NCBI GenBank assembly: GCA_963714275.1
Contig: CAVQNT010000002.1
Span: 832,001 to 896,000 of the forward strand
DNA length: 64,000 bases
Reading direction: 5' to 3'
Source: Candidatus Bathyarchaeota archaeon
GTDB lineage: Archaea; Thermoproteota; Bathyarchaeia; Bathyarchaeales; DTEX01
This document shows, piece after piece, positions 20,292 to 32,431 of this stretch. Positions within the stretch are counted from its first letter, which is position 1, and every line of letters starts with the position of its first letter. Position numbers and translations under genes: made by a program. Below the pieces are notes generated by a model. That model was given only the letters and a program-made list of their open reading frames with translations. It did no database searches and had not been told where the DNA came from.

Positions 20292-20848
20292 TACTTATCC
20301 GACGACTTCAAAAATTTTAAGTTAATAATGCCCCTAGAAACCTCGCTTTGAATTAGGCCATATCCAAGTGCGTTTAAGGCGCCCTCCAAAAACTTACTGA
20401 AGATTTCTGTGTATGTTGCTGAGAACTTTGAACTTAGGCAGGTAAGAACTGCGTTCTTGCCATCCTCTGAAATCTTGAATTCGGAAATATCCCAAAAATA
20501 CCTTTTGACTGCAGTTTCGAATTTTTTCAATTCTTCGTAATAGTGTCCATACCACTGTCCAGTTTCGTACCAAAGAGCCGTCATTTTTTCTTTGCCTACG
20601 CGTTTTTTTGAAACCTCAGCCAAATCATATACTATCTTCTCTGGAACTACTATAAACCCAGCGTCTCTCGCTGTTTTAATCATCCACCTGTCGTCAAGAA
20701 CGTCCTTAAACGTTAAGCCTAACTCCTCAGCTCTGATAGCTTGCTCAAAAATGTCATTCACGTAGTCGTAAAGTGTCCCTCTTCGAGCTGAAATCATGGA
20801 AATTTTATCAGCTAAATCTAATCTGACCCACAGAACCTTTCTTTTCAT
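20291..20848 (-). CDS. Putative ribbon-helix-helix regulator with V4R-like C-terminal domain
   Basis: KVLWVRLDL...TLYDYVNDIF; WYETGQWYG; FLEGAL. Confidence 0.55.
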   Translation of the reverse strand: MKRKVLWVRLDLADKISMISARRGTLYDYVNDIFEQAIRAEELGLTFKDVLDDRWMIKTARDAGFIVVPEKIVYDLAEVSKKRVGKEKMTALWYETGQWYGHYYEELKKFETAVKRYFWDISEFKISEDGKNAVLTCLSSKFSATYTEIFSKFLEGALNALGYGLIQSEVSRGIINLKFLKSSDK

Positions 20849-21186
20849 ATATCAAACAATCCTCCAGCAACCCTTCAACTTAAACTCAACAACAGCAAAT
20901 ACTAAGATAATAATTTACCACTTTTATAATTTACCAGTGATACGAACAATAAAACAACTTAAGAGAGAAGTAAATCTTTCCAAAAAATCCAACAAACACA
21001 GCAAAATAAGTAACCAGAAAAATTTAAATATGCAAACTCGAATCATTAAGCGCCTACTTGGAATCGGTGAAAATACGATGTCCCTTAGAAACCAGCATTA
21101 GGAACAAGTAAATAGATTTTTTTAGTTCCAAGTGATGTTTAGGCTGGCTGTAGGCGTTATAAAAAATTTTAAAGGAGGATTACTCC

Positions 21187-22182
21187 TTGGACTACGCTGT
21201 TGAAACCTTTCAGATTTCAAAAATATTCGAATCAAAAGAAAAAGGCCAAAAACGGTCGGTTAGGGCAGTTGACCGAGTAGACATCAAAGTCAAGAAGGGA
21301 GAATTCTTCGGTCTCTTAGGCCCTAATGGCGCTGGAAAAACGACGTTAATAAAAATTTTGTGCACCATAATTCTTCCAGACGAAGGCACAGCGAAAGTCA
21401 ACGGATACGACATTCTGAAACAATCATACGATGCGAGAAGCAGCTTCGGATGGTTCCACGGCGAAACAGGCGGCAGATCATTGTACTGGAGACTTAGCGC
21501 TGAGGACAACCTTAGGTTTTACGCTTATCTTCAGAATGTTCCCAGAGAGGTTGCTGACAAAAGGATCGATGCGCTTTTAGAGTTTTTCGAGCTAACCGAG
21601 GAACGAAAAAGCTGAGTCAAGGAATACTCAACCGGAATGAAGGTCAAAGTCATGCTTACCAGGGCACTGCTTCACAATCCTCCGATTCTATTTATGGACG
21701 AACCCACAATCGGGTTGGACACAATAAGCGCTGTGGACACTCGAAAATTGCTGAAAGCCCTCAACACTGAACTTGGAAAGACGATTATCTTCACTAGCCA
21801 CAACATGTTCGAAGTTGAGCAGCTCTGCGATAGGGTTGCAATAATGAGGAAAGGCAAGATAATAGCTGACTCCTCGCCTTCCCAGCTTAGGGAAACGTTG
21901 AGAGACATAAGAGCCGTCGAGGTCGAAGTTAGAGACAATATTGACATAAAGAAAATCGCTGAAAACCTTGCCAACATGCCTATTGTCGTAAAAATTCTAG
22001 AGACAGAAAACAACGCTTCCTCCGGCGTGATTCGACTTCAAGTCGAAAACGAGTACGAGGCAATTCCCATCATAGCGGAAAAAATCCGCTCTTTAGGAAT
22101 CAAAGTTTCAGCGATACGGCAGTCTGAACCGTCGTTCGAAGACATCTTCGTTAAACTGACCAGAGAGGAAGAGAACCCTTGA
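21187..22182 (+). CDS. ABC-2 exporter ATP-binding subunit (apparent in-frame stop at 21613)
   Basis: GPNGAGKTT, YSTGM, FMDEP, TSH. Confidence 0.9.
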
Positions 22183-23061
22183 AAATTGAGCAGATAGTTG
22201 ACCTTTTCAGGGAAGAGTTTCCACGCCCCTCATCGGAGTTGACACACACATGGGCTGTCTTCTGGGCTAACTTCAAAATTTTCCTCTCCTACAAGACATG
22301 GGTAATCACTGAAACCTTAAGCACAGTGGCCTCAATCGCAATGTACTCGTTCATGGGGCTGCAGGTCGATGCCAACAGGTTCTTCTCAGTCGGATACGGA
22401 GACACCACCTGGCTGGCATTCGCCATCATCGGTATCGCGACAGCTAACTATCTTTGGATGTGCATCAGCCGAATAAGCCATTCGCTTCAGCACGAGGTTG
22501 CGGAGGGAACCTTAGAACCCATAGTTTCCTCGATGATTAAGTCTGAGGTCATACATAATCGGCCAGTCCATCCGAGGCTTCCTCGTGAGCTCATATTTCA
22601 TGTTTGGAGCTTTGCTGATAGGAGTTTTCGTCCTGAATGTACCTATGGTAACAACGGTTGAAACCGTCTTCTCCTTCATCGTAATTCTGATCATGATGAT
22701 CGTTAGTGACGCAGGCATCGGAATAATGGCAGCAGGAATAATCTTGGTCTATAAAAAAGGAGACCCAATGACCTTCCTTCTAGCAAGCATAACAGAGTTT
22801 CTTGGAGGCGTGCTTTTTCCACTCAACTACCTACAGGGCTACCCGATTCTCTACGGAATGGCTTGGGCTATGCCATACACTTATGCCTTGGACGCGGCGC
22901 GAAGAGTCCTCCTTACTGGCGCAACATTAACGACGCCTCCTGTCTTAAGCGATCTCATTATTCTCGTGATCTTCACGTTTGTTTTTCTACCAGTTGGTTT
23001 ACGGGTTTTCAGGTGGGGGATGGACAGGATAAGAAGAGAAGGAACCGTGGCGACATACTAG
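22179..23061 (+). CDS. ABC-2 permease (apparent frameshift near 22540)
   Basis: EGTLE motif, GGVLFP, PYTYALD. Confidence 0.85.
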
Positions 23062-23067
23062 GAGCAT

Positions 23068-23949
23068 TTGACGATGGACCCCAAAAAACTGATTGACCTC
23101 ATGTCCGCGAAGACTCTGCTCAGGAAGAACCCGGTCCATCGGGTAGTGTCCTCGTTCATTGTTAGGGACTTCAGGATTTGGTGGACCTACAGGTTCTGGA
23201 TTACGCTTGACATCACAGGTAATCTGCTGTTTGTAGCGACCTATTACTTATTCTCGTTAATTACGTCTTCACAACAGGTTCAAGACGCAGGATACGTAAC
23301 AGGCGGCTACTTCACCTTCGCTTTAATCGGCATAGCCTTCCAACAGTATGTCTTCTTTGCTGTTCAGAGTATAAACCAAAGCGTCAGAGAGGAACAGGTT
23401 AATGGCACAATGGAAACAGTACTTTCATCCGCAACCGATTTCAAAGTGTTTCTTCTCGGCGAGACCTGTTTCTTCTTCATAATTTGTTCAGCTTTCCTTT
23501 TCATCTCGTTCTTTGCCGGGTACCTTCTGGGAGCAACCTTCACATTGAGCATCGCATCTGTGCTTTCAACCATTCTACTTTCAGCGTTGTTAATTGCTAG
23601 TCACATGGCGATTGGAGTACTGAGCGCAGGGGTCATAATGAAGACAAAACAGGGAAATCCATTGACGTGGGTGTTCTCTTGGATGACCCAGCTTGTTTCA
23701 GGCGTCTTTTATCCACTGAAGCTTCTTCCATGGTATCTTGAATGGATCGGCAAAATCTTTCCCTTAACCTATTCTCTCGACGGAATTAGGCTGTGCCTTC
23801 AAGGAGACCAAAACCTTGCGTCACCAGTGGTCCTAAGCGACACTATTAGCCTCTTCATTTTCACAGTCATAGCAACGCCAATCGCGCTTTACGTTTTCAA
23901 AATAGGATACGACGCTGCGAGAAAAGATGGCTCTCTCGGACAATTCTGA
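23068..23949 (+). CDS. ABC-2 permease
   Basis: NGTME, SGVFYP, PLTYSLDG. Confidence 0.9.
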   Translation: MTMDPKKLIDLMSAKTLLRKNPVHRVVSSFIVRDFRIWWTYRFWITLDITGNLLFVATYYLFSLITSSQQVQDAGYVTGGYFTFALIGIAFQQYVFFAVQSINQSVREEQVNGTMETVLSSATDFKVFLLGETCFFFIICSAFLFISFFAGYLLGATFTLSIASVLSTILLSALLIASHMAIGVLSAGVIMKTKQGNPLTWVFSWMTQLVSGVFYPLKLLPWYLEWIGKIFPLTYSLDGIRLCLQGDQNLASPVVLSDTISLFIFTVIATPIALYVFKIGYDAARKDGSLGQF

Positions 23950-23968
23950 TTTTTGTAAAGATATTTCC

Positions 23969-24836
23969 TTAGACAATACATCTGTCTGGAAGTCTGTCAC
24001 GTCTAAAGACAATAATCGGCGTGTGCCTAAAGTTTCTCAGCATACTCCAAGTTACTTCAGTAATACCAACCCCGAATTTATCAGCCATGACCCAAACTGT
24101 TCGCCCAGCGCCTGACCCTCGACGCTTGTGGGCAACCTCAGCTGAAATCCAAGGCTGCTTCGATGTCCATTTTTGTACCAGCAACAGCCAGAGGTGTTGA
24201 CCTCCGTTTCAAACGCAAAATCCTTCCAACAACATAGGCAACGAAACCAAATGTGCGAATGCCCCCCAGCGGTTTCGGTCTGTGCGTAAAATGGAATCCA
24301 CCGAAAGAATATGTCTTGTCTGTGTCCACAATCATCACTGCGACCTTCTTACCAAGTATTTTCTTCAGGTAAAGACGGATCTCCTCAGCCGCAGTGAACG
24401 GATCGTCAAGAGGCAAACTAACAAACGAGTATGGAAGATTGCTGGCGTCAATTCCGCCTTCGGAACCCCAAAGCAAAGCTTCCAGGAAACCCGCATACCA
24501 CAAGGCAACCTGCTTGTGAACGCTTCCTTCCTTTAACGGGTAGGCTCGCAGTCGCATTACGTTTTCTTTTTTTAGGCTGCAAGCCTGTCCGAGGAAATAT
24601 CCCCAGATAATTCTCATCCAGAACCGTGTTAACAGTCTAGCCATTTTTCCTGGCTGCACATTTTTTTCGTTTATGATGCGTCCTTTTGCTGTTGATAACG
24701 CTTTTTCAGAAACCGCGACGATGTCTCCGTCCTCGACTTTACCGTCAAGAGCCTTCGCTATGATTTCCGAATAATTATGCCCAGGCATCCAGTACTCAGT
24801 TTCAACTGCCTTAGCTAGGTATTGGAGTCTCTTCAT
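23969..24836 (-). CDS. Coenzyme F420-0:L-glutamate ligase-like (CofE family) protein (apparent frameshift near 24140)
   Basis: VSEKA, GGIDASN, IVDTD, GSGAG. Confidence 0.75.
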
Positions 24837-25027
24837 TGTATGATATTACAAAAAGTAGACAAGTTTGCTTAAATATAACACAAAGCTACGCGTAATTGTG
24901 GTTATTGCCATTCATAATTCCTTTTAAACTAGATTGGTCTGTTAGTAGTTTGCTTTTTTGGGCTAAACCGAATGGCTTTATAGGAAAGAGACTTTCTATT
25001 TTTAAGGGTTTTCGGGGATCCTGAAGC

Positions 25028-26752
25028 ATGAACAGTCTTTCATTGGAGGGTTCAAAACGGAACGAAATTTTGACAGTTTGTAAGGAAGAAGCATCAAAAC
25101 TGAAGATTGTTGCTGCTTTACGTTATGATTCATTTCTACACATTCCTAAGGACAAGAAACGAGGCTTCAGTGTTCTTTTAATTCTTGATTCTCCGAAGCT
25201 GATTCTAAGGCATCGGGTAAAACCTCTTAAGGACGGAGAAGTTTCACTTCTGGTGGTTGATAGGAAAACCTTCGAAAAGGACGTTGAGAACGACTGGTTA
25301 GGCGGGCTTTTAGTCGAGAATTTGCTTACGCCTTACGAAAGTTTGGTTAACGAAGACTTTTTGTGGCAAAAGGAGATTCAAGCGAAAAAAAGGTTGGTCA
25401 CCGAGATTCTCGACAACCTTGTTCTTGGGTATCCAGAAATGTCTCATGAGCTCATGATTGAGCCTGAATATTTCATGTATGAGGCGATGGCTCGTAAAGT
25501 ATCTCTGTATCCGCCCATAATGTATAAATTTTTGAAGATACTTGAGGGCGACTCTAAAGTTGAGAACTTACACTCGATAAAGAAAGGGTTCGATGCTGCT
25601 TTAAAAATGGCAGCTGAAGAGGGAATCGTGGAACAAACTGATAGATACGTCAAAATCTTGCCAAAACACATCAATGCCGCTAAGAGAAGAAGAAGGCGCG
25701 CGCTTTCCCTTCTAAAGAACGCACGGGCATCAATGCTTCGTCACAGCTTAGAGGTTTTCCCGAAAATGATGCGTTCGCTGATGGATGAATACGGGGTGTA
25801 TGTTGAACGTTTCATGGACCCTGAAAGCCTTAAGATGATGCGTCTACCTGAACTTGAAGACACGAAAAAATACATCTTTATCCCTACTTCGCTGGGACTT
25901 GTGTCTTACTCAGAAAAAGTGACCATTGAAGATTTTATGCGAAAAATCTTTCCTGAAAGCCGAGATTTAAAGGCAGACCCTGAGAAGCTGGGGGGTGTAT
26001 TAAACGCTGTCTACGCTTTGAAAATTCAAAGGTTAGGTAAAGAACGGAGGGTTGTGGTGAAATCTTTTAAGGATTGGTATGGGTGGAAATGGTTCCCGCT
26101 AGCGTTGTGGGCTATTGGCACCAGAGGGTTCTCGGTTCGTGGAAAGTCGAGGTTGGAAAGAGAGTATTCCATAAACCGTTACTTAGCAAAAAATGGCTGC
26201 AATGTTCCTTTGCTTATTCATGTGAGCCCGAAGGAAAAACTGATTTTTCAGGAGTATATTGAAGGCGAAAACCTCGCGAACCTAATTAAAAGGATTTACT
26301 CGTCAAAACATGAAGATCAAAAACTCACTAGCATACTCAAGCAGGTTGGAAGCGAGATTGCTAAGATTCATGGGCTTGATGTGGCTTTGGGGGATTGTAA
26401 GCCCGAAAACATCATAGTCGGTCAGGACGGCAGAATCTGGTTTGTGGACCTTGAGCAGGCTGAAAGAGGCGGAGACCAAGCGTGGGACTTGGCGGAGTTT
26501 CTCTATTATTCGGGACGTTACGCTTTGCTTTCGTCCATTGAGACGACACAGGCAGTAACCAAAGCATTCATTGAAGGATACTTGGAGGCTGGCGGAAAAA
26601 TTGTGAATGTGCGAAAAGTAAGGTCCCCCAAGTACATTAAGGTTTTCAGTTTCTTTGCGTCTCCACATATCCTTTATGTTATTTCAAATGTTTGCGGGGA
26701 AAAATTGAGGGATGCAGAAGCAACCGTGAAAAAAGACCATATTAGTCCTTAA
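25028..26752 (+). CDS. Bud32/RIO/Kdo-like kinase with long N-terminal region
   Basis: VVVK, LGDCKPEN, FVDLEQ, WDLAEF. Confidence 0.75.
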   Translation: MNSLSLEGSKRNEILTVCKEEASKLKIVAALRYDSFLHIPKDKKRGFSVLLILDSPKLILRHRVKPLKDGEVSLLVVDRKTFEKDVENDWLGGLLVENLLTPYESLVNEDFLWQKEIQAKKRLVTEILDNLVLGYPEMSHELMIEPEYFMYEAMARKVSLYPPIMYKFLKILEGDSKVENLHSIKKGFDAALKMAAEEGIVEQTDRYVKILPKHINAAKRRRRRALSLLKNARASMLRHSLEVFPKMMRSLMDEYGVYVERFMDPESLKMMRLPELEDTKKYIFIPTSLGLVSYSEKVTIEDFMRKIFPESRDLKADPEKLGGVLNAVYALKIQRLGKERRVVVKSFKDWYGWKWFPLALWAIGTRGFSVRGKSRLEREYSINRYLAKNGCNVPLLIHVSPKEKLIFQEYIEGENLANLIKRIYSSKHEDQKLTSILKQVGSEIAKIHGLDVALGDCKPENIIVGQDGRIWFVDLEQAERGGDQAWDLAEFLYYSGRYALLSSIETTQAVTKAFIEGYLEAGGKIVNVRKVRSPKYIKVFSFFASPHILYVISNVCGEKLRDAEATVKKDHISP

Positions 26753-26777
26753 CGAATATAATTTGTGAGGGAAAGAA

Positions 26778-28133
26778 ATGGAAACCACGACTTTGACCTT
26801 CTATGGCGGAATAAACGAGATAGGCGGAAACAAAATTCTCTTGAAAGATGGAAAAGCAAAGGTGTTTTTTGATTTCGGGCAGTCCTTTACGATGGGAATA
26901 AACTTTTTTACTAGTTCGCTTGGACCAAGATGGCTTTGTGGCTTAAAGGATTACTTTGAGTTTGGTTTGATGCCGAAATTAAAGGGACTCTACAGCGAAA
27001 AGCAACTAATGTACACCGATCTAAGTTATTCTAAGCCAAATTTTGATGCTGTTTTTCTTTCACACGCCCACTTCGACCATACAGCGCACATATGTTTCAT
27101 AGACGAGAAAATTCCAGTGTTTTGCGGATCAGGAACCAAGTCTTTCTAGAATCGATGGAGGAAACCACCTTATCATCACTTGGAGAACACCCTTACCAGA
27201 CATTCAGAACAGGCAGCGCCATAGAAATTGACCCGTTAAAGGTTGAACCCATTCACGTAGACCATTCCATACCGGGAGCCTATGGCTTCATAATTCACAC
27301 TTCGGAAGGAGAAATTATCTACACTGGAGATTTAAGAGCTCATGGTCCAAAAAAGGAGATGACGGAAGAATTCGTCGCAAAAGCATGTGAGTGTAAGCCA
27401 ACTGCCATGATTACTGAGGGAACGCGAATTGTCGAAAAAAGACCTCGGGCTAATTATTCCGAATCTAAGGTTAAAGAAAAGAGCAACGAGATAGTTTCCA
27501 GCACAAATAAGATAGTCTTCGTCACGCATCACGGTCGAGACATTGACAGATTTAGAACTATATACGAAGTGACAAAGCAGAATGACAGGAAGATAGTCAT
27601 TTTTCCAAGATTGGCTTATCTTTTGAAAAAGCTCTGTTGAAGACGAACATCTAGACTTTCCTGATCCTCTGAAAGACAAAAACATACTTGTTTATTTCAA
27701 GAGGAAGAAAACTGGAACCTTCATTGAGGAAGACTACTACCTCTGGGAAAGAAACTTCATGCAAAGAATGGTTACAGCGGATGACGTACACACAAACCAA
27801 AGCGGATTAGTGATGGATTTGGATTTCTACCAGTTCGGGGAGCTCATAGACATCAAGCCAGACAAGGGAAGCCACTTCATTCACAGCATGAGTGAGCCTT
27901 TCAGCGAAGAAGACATAGAAGACCGGGTAATGCATAACTGGCTTAACCACTTCAAAATCAAGTTTCACCAGCTCCACGCCTCTGGGCACATGAACAGACA
28001 AGAACTCATGGAGATGGTTGAACGCATCAATCCAAAGAAGGTGTTCCCTGTTCACACGGAGAATCCTGCCTTTTTCAAAAAAACAAAAAAGAAAACTGTG
28101 GTTATCGAAAAAGGAAAAACTTACACACTGTGA
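26778..28133 (+). CDS. Beta-CASP / RNase J-like metallo-hydrolase (two apparent frameshifts)
   Basis: EIGGN, SHAHFDH, VDHSIPG, YTGD, HASGH, PVHTE. Confidence 0.85.
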
Positions 28134-28309
28134 TTCGTTTAATGCGACGGGAAATAGTTCATGTTCGAGGGGGACGCTAGTAAGATTTTTTCTTGCAAAT
28201 GATTTTTTTGGTTTTGTTGGATTCAGCCTTCGTCTTTTGACCATAATCCTTAACAAAAGGCAGCCACTCAACATTAACAGAACGCGACATTTACAGGCAG
28301 GAATCCTCA

Positions 28310-29126
28310 TTGGAAAATGTTATTCAGGAAGGAAGCAACGTGCTTCTGTTTTTGGACAAGCGGAGAAGCTACTTGGTTAAGGTTGAGAAGGGAAGGGACC
28401 TTCACACGCATAAGGGCTTCATTCACCTTAGCGACCTGATAGGCAAGGAATACGGCACACGGGTCAAAAGCAGCTTGAAGGTGGAGTTTGTGGCTCTTAA
28501 TCCAAGCATCAGAGACTACGTTTTCAAGATGACGAGAAAAACGCAGATAATTTACCCGAAAGACATCGCACTCATCACCATGTTCAGCAACATTCAGCCT
28601 GGAAGCCGAATCGTCGAAGCAGGAACAGGAACAGGAGCCTTAACCACAGCGTTAGCTCAGCTACGTTAAACCCTCGGGACGCATCTACAGTTACGAAATT
28701 AGGACAGAATTCCTTCAGGCAGCAGCAAAAAACCTTGAAAAAACCAGCGTCACCGAGTACGTTGAACTGAAAAATCAGGATGTGACGCAGGGAATCCAAG
28801 AAAAAGAGGCGGACGCTGTGGTTTTGGACTTAGCAACGCCTTGGCTCGTTGTTCCTCACGCTTATACTGCGTTGAAGGGAAGCGGAATACTTGTCTCGTT
28901 CAGCCCAACAATCGACCAAGTGGTTAAAACGGTTGAGGCATTAGAGGAAACAGGATTCGTGGACATAGAAACCGTTGAATGCCTACTCAGGGGAATGCAG
29001 ATTGAAAGAGGAAAGACGAGACCTGAAACATTAATGACCGCCCACACGGGCTACATCACCCACGCAAGGAAGGCAATGCCATCAAGTGCTGAGTCTTTGG
29101 AGCAAATTTCAAAGGAAAAACCATAA
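28310..29126 (+). CDS. trmI: tRNA (adenine-N1) methyltransferase TrmI (apparent frameshift near 28658)
   Basis: TQIIYPKD, EAGTGTG, LDLATPW, HTGY. Confidence 0.92.
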
Positions 29127-29224
29127 AGACATGTATTTTTTTCTGCATAAAACGTTTAAGGAAGGGCACAAGTCTATTGCTTAACCTTTCAAAAAAGTTT
29201 AGTGAACAATCAGGAGTTCATTGA

Positions 29225-29914
29225 TTGCTGAAAGCTGAATCTGAAAAGGAAACTCTGTTACAAAAAATAAAGAATCTTAGAAAAAACGGAATATTCGCTA
29301 CACTGCTGCTTCTTCTCTTTATCTTGTTCACTAACTTCGTTATTCAGGGAGCCTTAACTTTGATTCTTAAGACCTCTCGACCTCTTCACACGCCGATATC
29401 TGGAAGCATGGAGCCGACACTGAACATTGGCGACTTGCTCGTAATTCAAGGCGGAATAACAGGAGAATCCGTGTATGCTCATACAGGTGATGGTGACATC
29501 ATTATTTTCCGTGATCCGAGAAACCCGGATGGTATCCCTATTGTTCACAGAGCCGTTGATAAGTACATAGTTGGAGACACCTGGTACATTGTAACGAAAG
29601 GAGACAACAACCCTACAGTGGACGATTGGTCGTGGTATGGTTTCCCGAGAGGAGGAAACTATAGTGTTGCAGGTCACCCTGAAAGTTATATAATAGGCAA
29701 AGTAATCTTTTGGGTTCCCTACTTGGGATATTTTTTAAGGGCGTTTGACGAGACCGCGATAAACCTCGGCGTGTTCGCCATCTCCCTTAGGCAGTTTCTC
29801 ATCATAATTTTGCTTGTGGCACTCGTTTACCTTGAATTAACAGGTTCAGAGGAAGAAACAAAGAAGCCGCAGGAAACTGAAAAGCAGGAAAATACAGAAC
29901 AAATGGCGAAATGA
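29225..29914 (+). CDS. Signal peptidase I (Sec11 type)
   Basis: SGSMEP, IVHR, TKGDNN. Confidence 0.9.
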   Translation: MLKAESEKETLLQKIKNLRKNGIFATLLLLLFILFTNFVIQGALTLILKTSRPLHTPISGSMEPTLNIGDLLVIQGGITGESVYAHTGDGDIIIFRDPRNPDGIPIVHRAVDKYIVGDTWYIVTKGDNNPTVDDWSWYGFPRGGNYSVAGHPESYIIGKVIFWVPYLGYFLRAFDETAINLGVFAISLRQFLIIILLVALVYLELTGSEEETKKPQETEKQENTEQMAK

Positions 29915-29999
29915 ACCATTAAGTATAAATTACCCTTTATAAATTCCTTTATAAAGACCAAAACAAAACCGCTAAACTTTTATATTAGAAGGTGACTGG

Positions 30000-30561
30000 A
30001 TGTCGCAAGTTACAGCAAAAGTGAAAATAGAAAACGTGGTTGCCTCTGCAACCTTGAACCAGAAGATTGACCTTAAAGCCGTTGTGAAAAGTTACCCGGG
30101 CGTTGAATACCGACCGGAACAGTTTCCAGGATTGGTTTTCAGGCTTAAGAAACCGAAAACTGCCACCCTCATTTTCAATTCGGGCAAGATGGTTTGCACC
30201 GGAGCGAAGTCCGAGAAGGAATCCCGCGGAGCAGTCATGAAGGTCATCAAAGAACTCAAGAAAAGCGGAATCGTAATAATCAGCAAACCTGAGCTTAAGA
30301 TACAGAACATTGTCAGCTTCAGCAAACCTCGGCGGAATGATAGACCTTGAGAAGTCAGCTTTCACACTTGGGAAAACCATGTATGAGCCTGAACAGTTTC
30401 CTGGCTTAATCTTCCGCATGGACGACCCGAAGGTTGTTATCCTGCTTTTCGCCAGCGGTAAACTGGTTTGCACCGGAGCCAAAAAAGAAGAGGATGTCTA
30501 CAAGGCTGTGGATAAGCTGCATCGGCGGCTTGAAAGAGAAGAACTAATTTACTACGCGTAG
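30000..30561 (+). CDS. tbp: TATA-box binding protein (apparent frameshift near 30314)
   Basis: Two repeats ENVVAS/YxPEQFPGL/SGKxVCTGAK. Confidence 0.95.
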
Positions 30562-31674
30562 TGTTGAAGGTTTTGCAGGTTTCAAAGCCAGCTGCGCTGA
30601 TGAAAAAGTTTCGTCATCACATGTTAAGGGAGATTTTCGATGAGCCCGCTGTGTTGAGGGCAACCATTGAGGCTGAGGTGGACAACACCCGGAAGATAGC
30701 TCAGGCAGTCAAATCTGAAGGATATGAGATGTTCTACATTACGGGAAGCGGAACAAGCTTATCATGCTGGACTGGCCAGCCAATATGCGTTGTCGAAACT
30801 GACGAACCTGTCTACAAGCATTCTTCCAGCGTCAGAGTTTCAGCGTTGGGTTCCAACTAGATTGCCAAAAAAGGTTCTGTTGATGGCTATCTCGCAGTCC
30901 GGTGAGAGCTCCGACATCATTGATGCTGCTGAGGCTGCTGTGGACCGAGGGATGACGTTGTTGGCTGTGACGAACACTCCTGAAAGTAGGCTTGCGAAAA
31001 TGTCGAATTATCATCTTCTCCCAAGGTCAGGTCTTGAGAAGGCTGTCCCAGCGACGAAGACTTATGTCACGCAGCTCATGTCCATTTTCATGTTTTCTGT
31101 GGAGCTCGCTGAAGGAATCCTGAGCGCGAACGAGTTGTACCGAATAAGAAAAGGGCTTTATGAGGCGCCGCAGCTTCTCGAACAAACTTTGCAATCAAGC
31201 ACTCAAATCCAGAAAATTGCGGAGAAATATAAACAGAAGAACGTCATTTTCATTTTGGGCAGCGGACCAAATTATGCGACTGCGCTTGAAGCAGCCTTGA
31301 AGTTGAAAGAGACATGTATGGTCTTCGCTGAGGGGTTTGCTACACGAGAGTTCCTGCACGGTCCTATGAGGCTAGTTGACGAGAGAACCTTGATAATTAT
31401 GCTCGTTTCTCCAAACGAGTTCAAAACTGAGATTGAAATATGCAAAAGCCTGAGAAGCTTCGGTGCTTCTGTTTTGTTAATTTCGGAAAAAGGGCTAAGT
31501 TTCTCTAACATGCTAGAGGCAGCAGACGATGTTGTTTTGGTTCCTAACGGGCTGCCTGATGTTTTTTCGCCACTGTTGCACGTTGTTCCCAATCATCTGT
31601 TCGCATATTATAGTTCCGTGAACAGAGGATTAAATCCTGATAAGCCTGAAAAATTAACGAAGGTGGTGAAATAA
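30561..31674 (+). CDS. SIS-domain sugar-phosphate isomerase/deaminase (GlmS C-terminal-like) (apparent frameshift near 30758)
   Basis: MLREIFDEP, GSGTS(Y)HA, ISQSGES, LKLKE, HGP, NPDKP. Confidence 0.85.
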
Positions 31675-31676
31675 GA

Positions 31677-32366
31677 TTGAAAGTAAAAGCCGTAATCTTC
31701 GACATTGAGGACACGCTGTACGATTTGTCTCTGCAAATGAGGATGACGAGGCTGAATGCAGTTAGAGCCATGATTGGAGCGGGTCTTCCAATAGATTTGG
31801 AGATAGGATACAAGACGCTTGAAGATATAGCCAACCAGTATGGACCACACTACACGAGACACTTTGACAACTTGCTTGAACGTCTAGGATTAAGATGGAA
31901 CCCGAGAGTCATAGCCGCAGGAGTCGTTGCATACCGAGAGACAAGCGAGGTTTACCTGAAACCTTTCTCCGACACGATTCCGACACTGGTTAAGCTGCGA
32001 GACCAAAAATACGAGCTCGGAGTGGTTTCCGACGGAAAATCAGTCAAACAATGGCAGAAACTCATACAACTAGGCATTCATCACCTGTTCCACTCTGTCG
32101 TCATTTCTGAGGACGTAAAAGACGAGAAACTCAATACCAAACCATTCAAGAAATGTTTAGAGGAACTTGGCATCAAACCAAAAGAAGCTGTCTACATTAG
32201 CGCTAGACCGAACAAAGAAATTCTCTACGCTAACGAAGCGGGCATCGTCACGGTCAGAATGAGACAGGGAGATGCTGCTTTTGAGGAACCGATGTCGCCC
32301 AAAGCGAAAGCCGTGTATGAAATTAACCAGCTTTCAGAAATCATCGAAACTTTGGACGCCCTTTAA
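31677..32366 (+). CDS. HAD-superfamily hydrolase
   Basis: FDIEDTL motif I; QWQKL. Confidence 0.8.
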   Translation: MKVKAVIFDIEDTLYDLSLQMRMTRLNAVRAMIGAGLPIDLEIGYKTLEDIANQYGPHYTRHFDNLLERLGLRWNPRVIAAGVVAYRETSEVYLKPFSDTIPTLVKLRDQKYELGVVSDGKSVKQWQKLIQLGIHHLFHSVVISEDVKDEKLNTKPFKKCLEELGIKPKEAVYISARPNKEILYANEAGIVTVRMRQGDAAFEEPMSPKAKAVYEINQLSEIIETLDAL

Positions 32367-32431
32367 GAAGAACCATCAGAATAACTGAACGAATCGTATA
32401 AAACTTGGTTTCCTTAATTCAAAGAAATTGA

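Noticed and set aside
20796-21101. 101-aa ORF in the divergent promoter region
   Set aside because: Low-complexity, A-rich intergenic sequence between divergent operons; likely spurious.
21610-21618. In-frame TGA in the ABC ATPase as selenocysteine or readthrough
   Set aside because: Not a Cys-type position. It is explained by AAAAAGCTAGTC miscalled as AGCTGA plus a homopolymer loss.
30000-30561. Split tbp (and trmI, etfA, thiL, korB, moeA, etc.) as real pseudogenes or programmed frameshifts
   Set aside because: These are essential or conserved genes with intact motifs on both sides and no slippery sites. The single-base indels share one sequence context (AGCT), so sequencing error is the simplest explanation.
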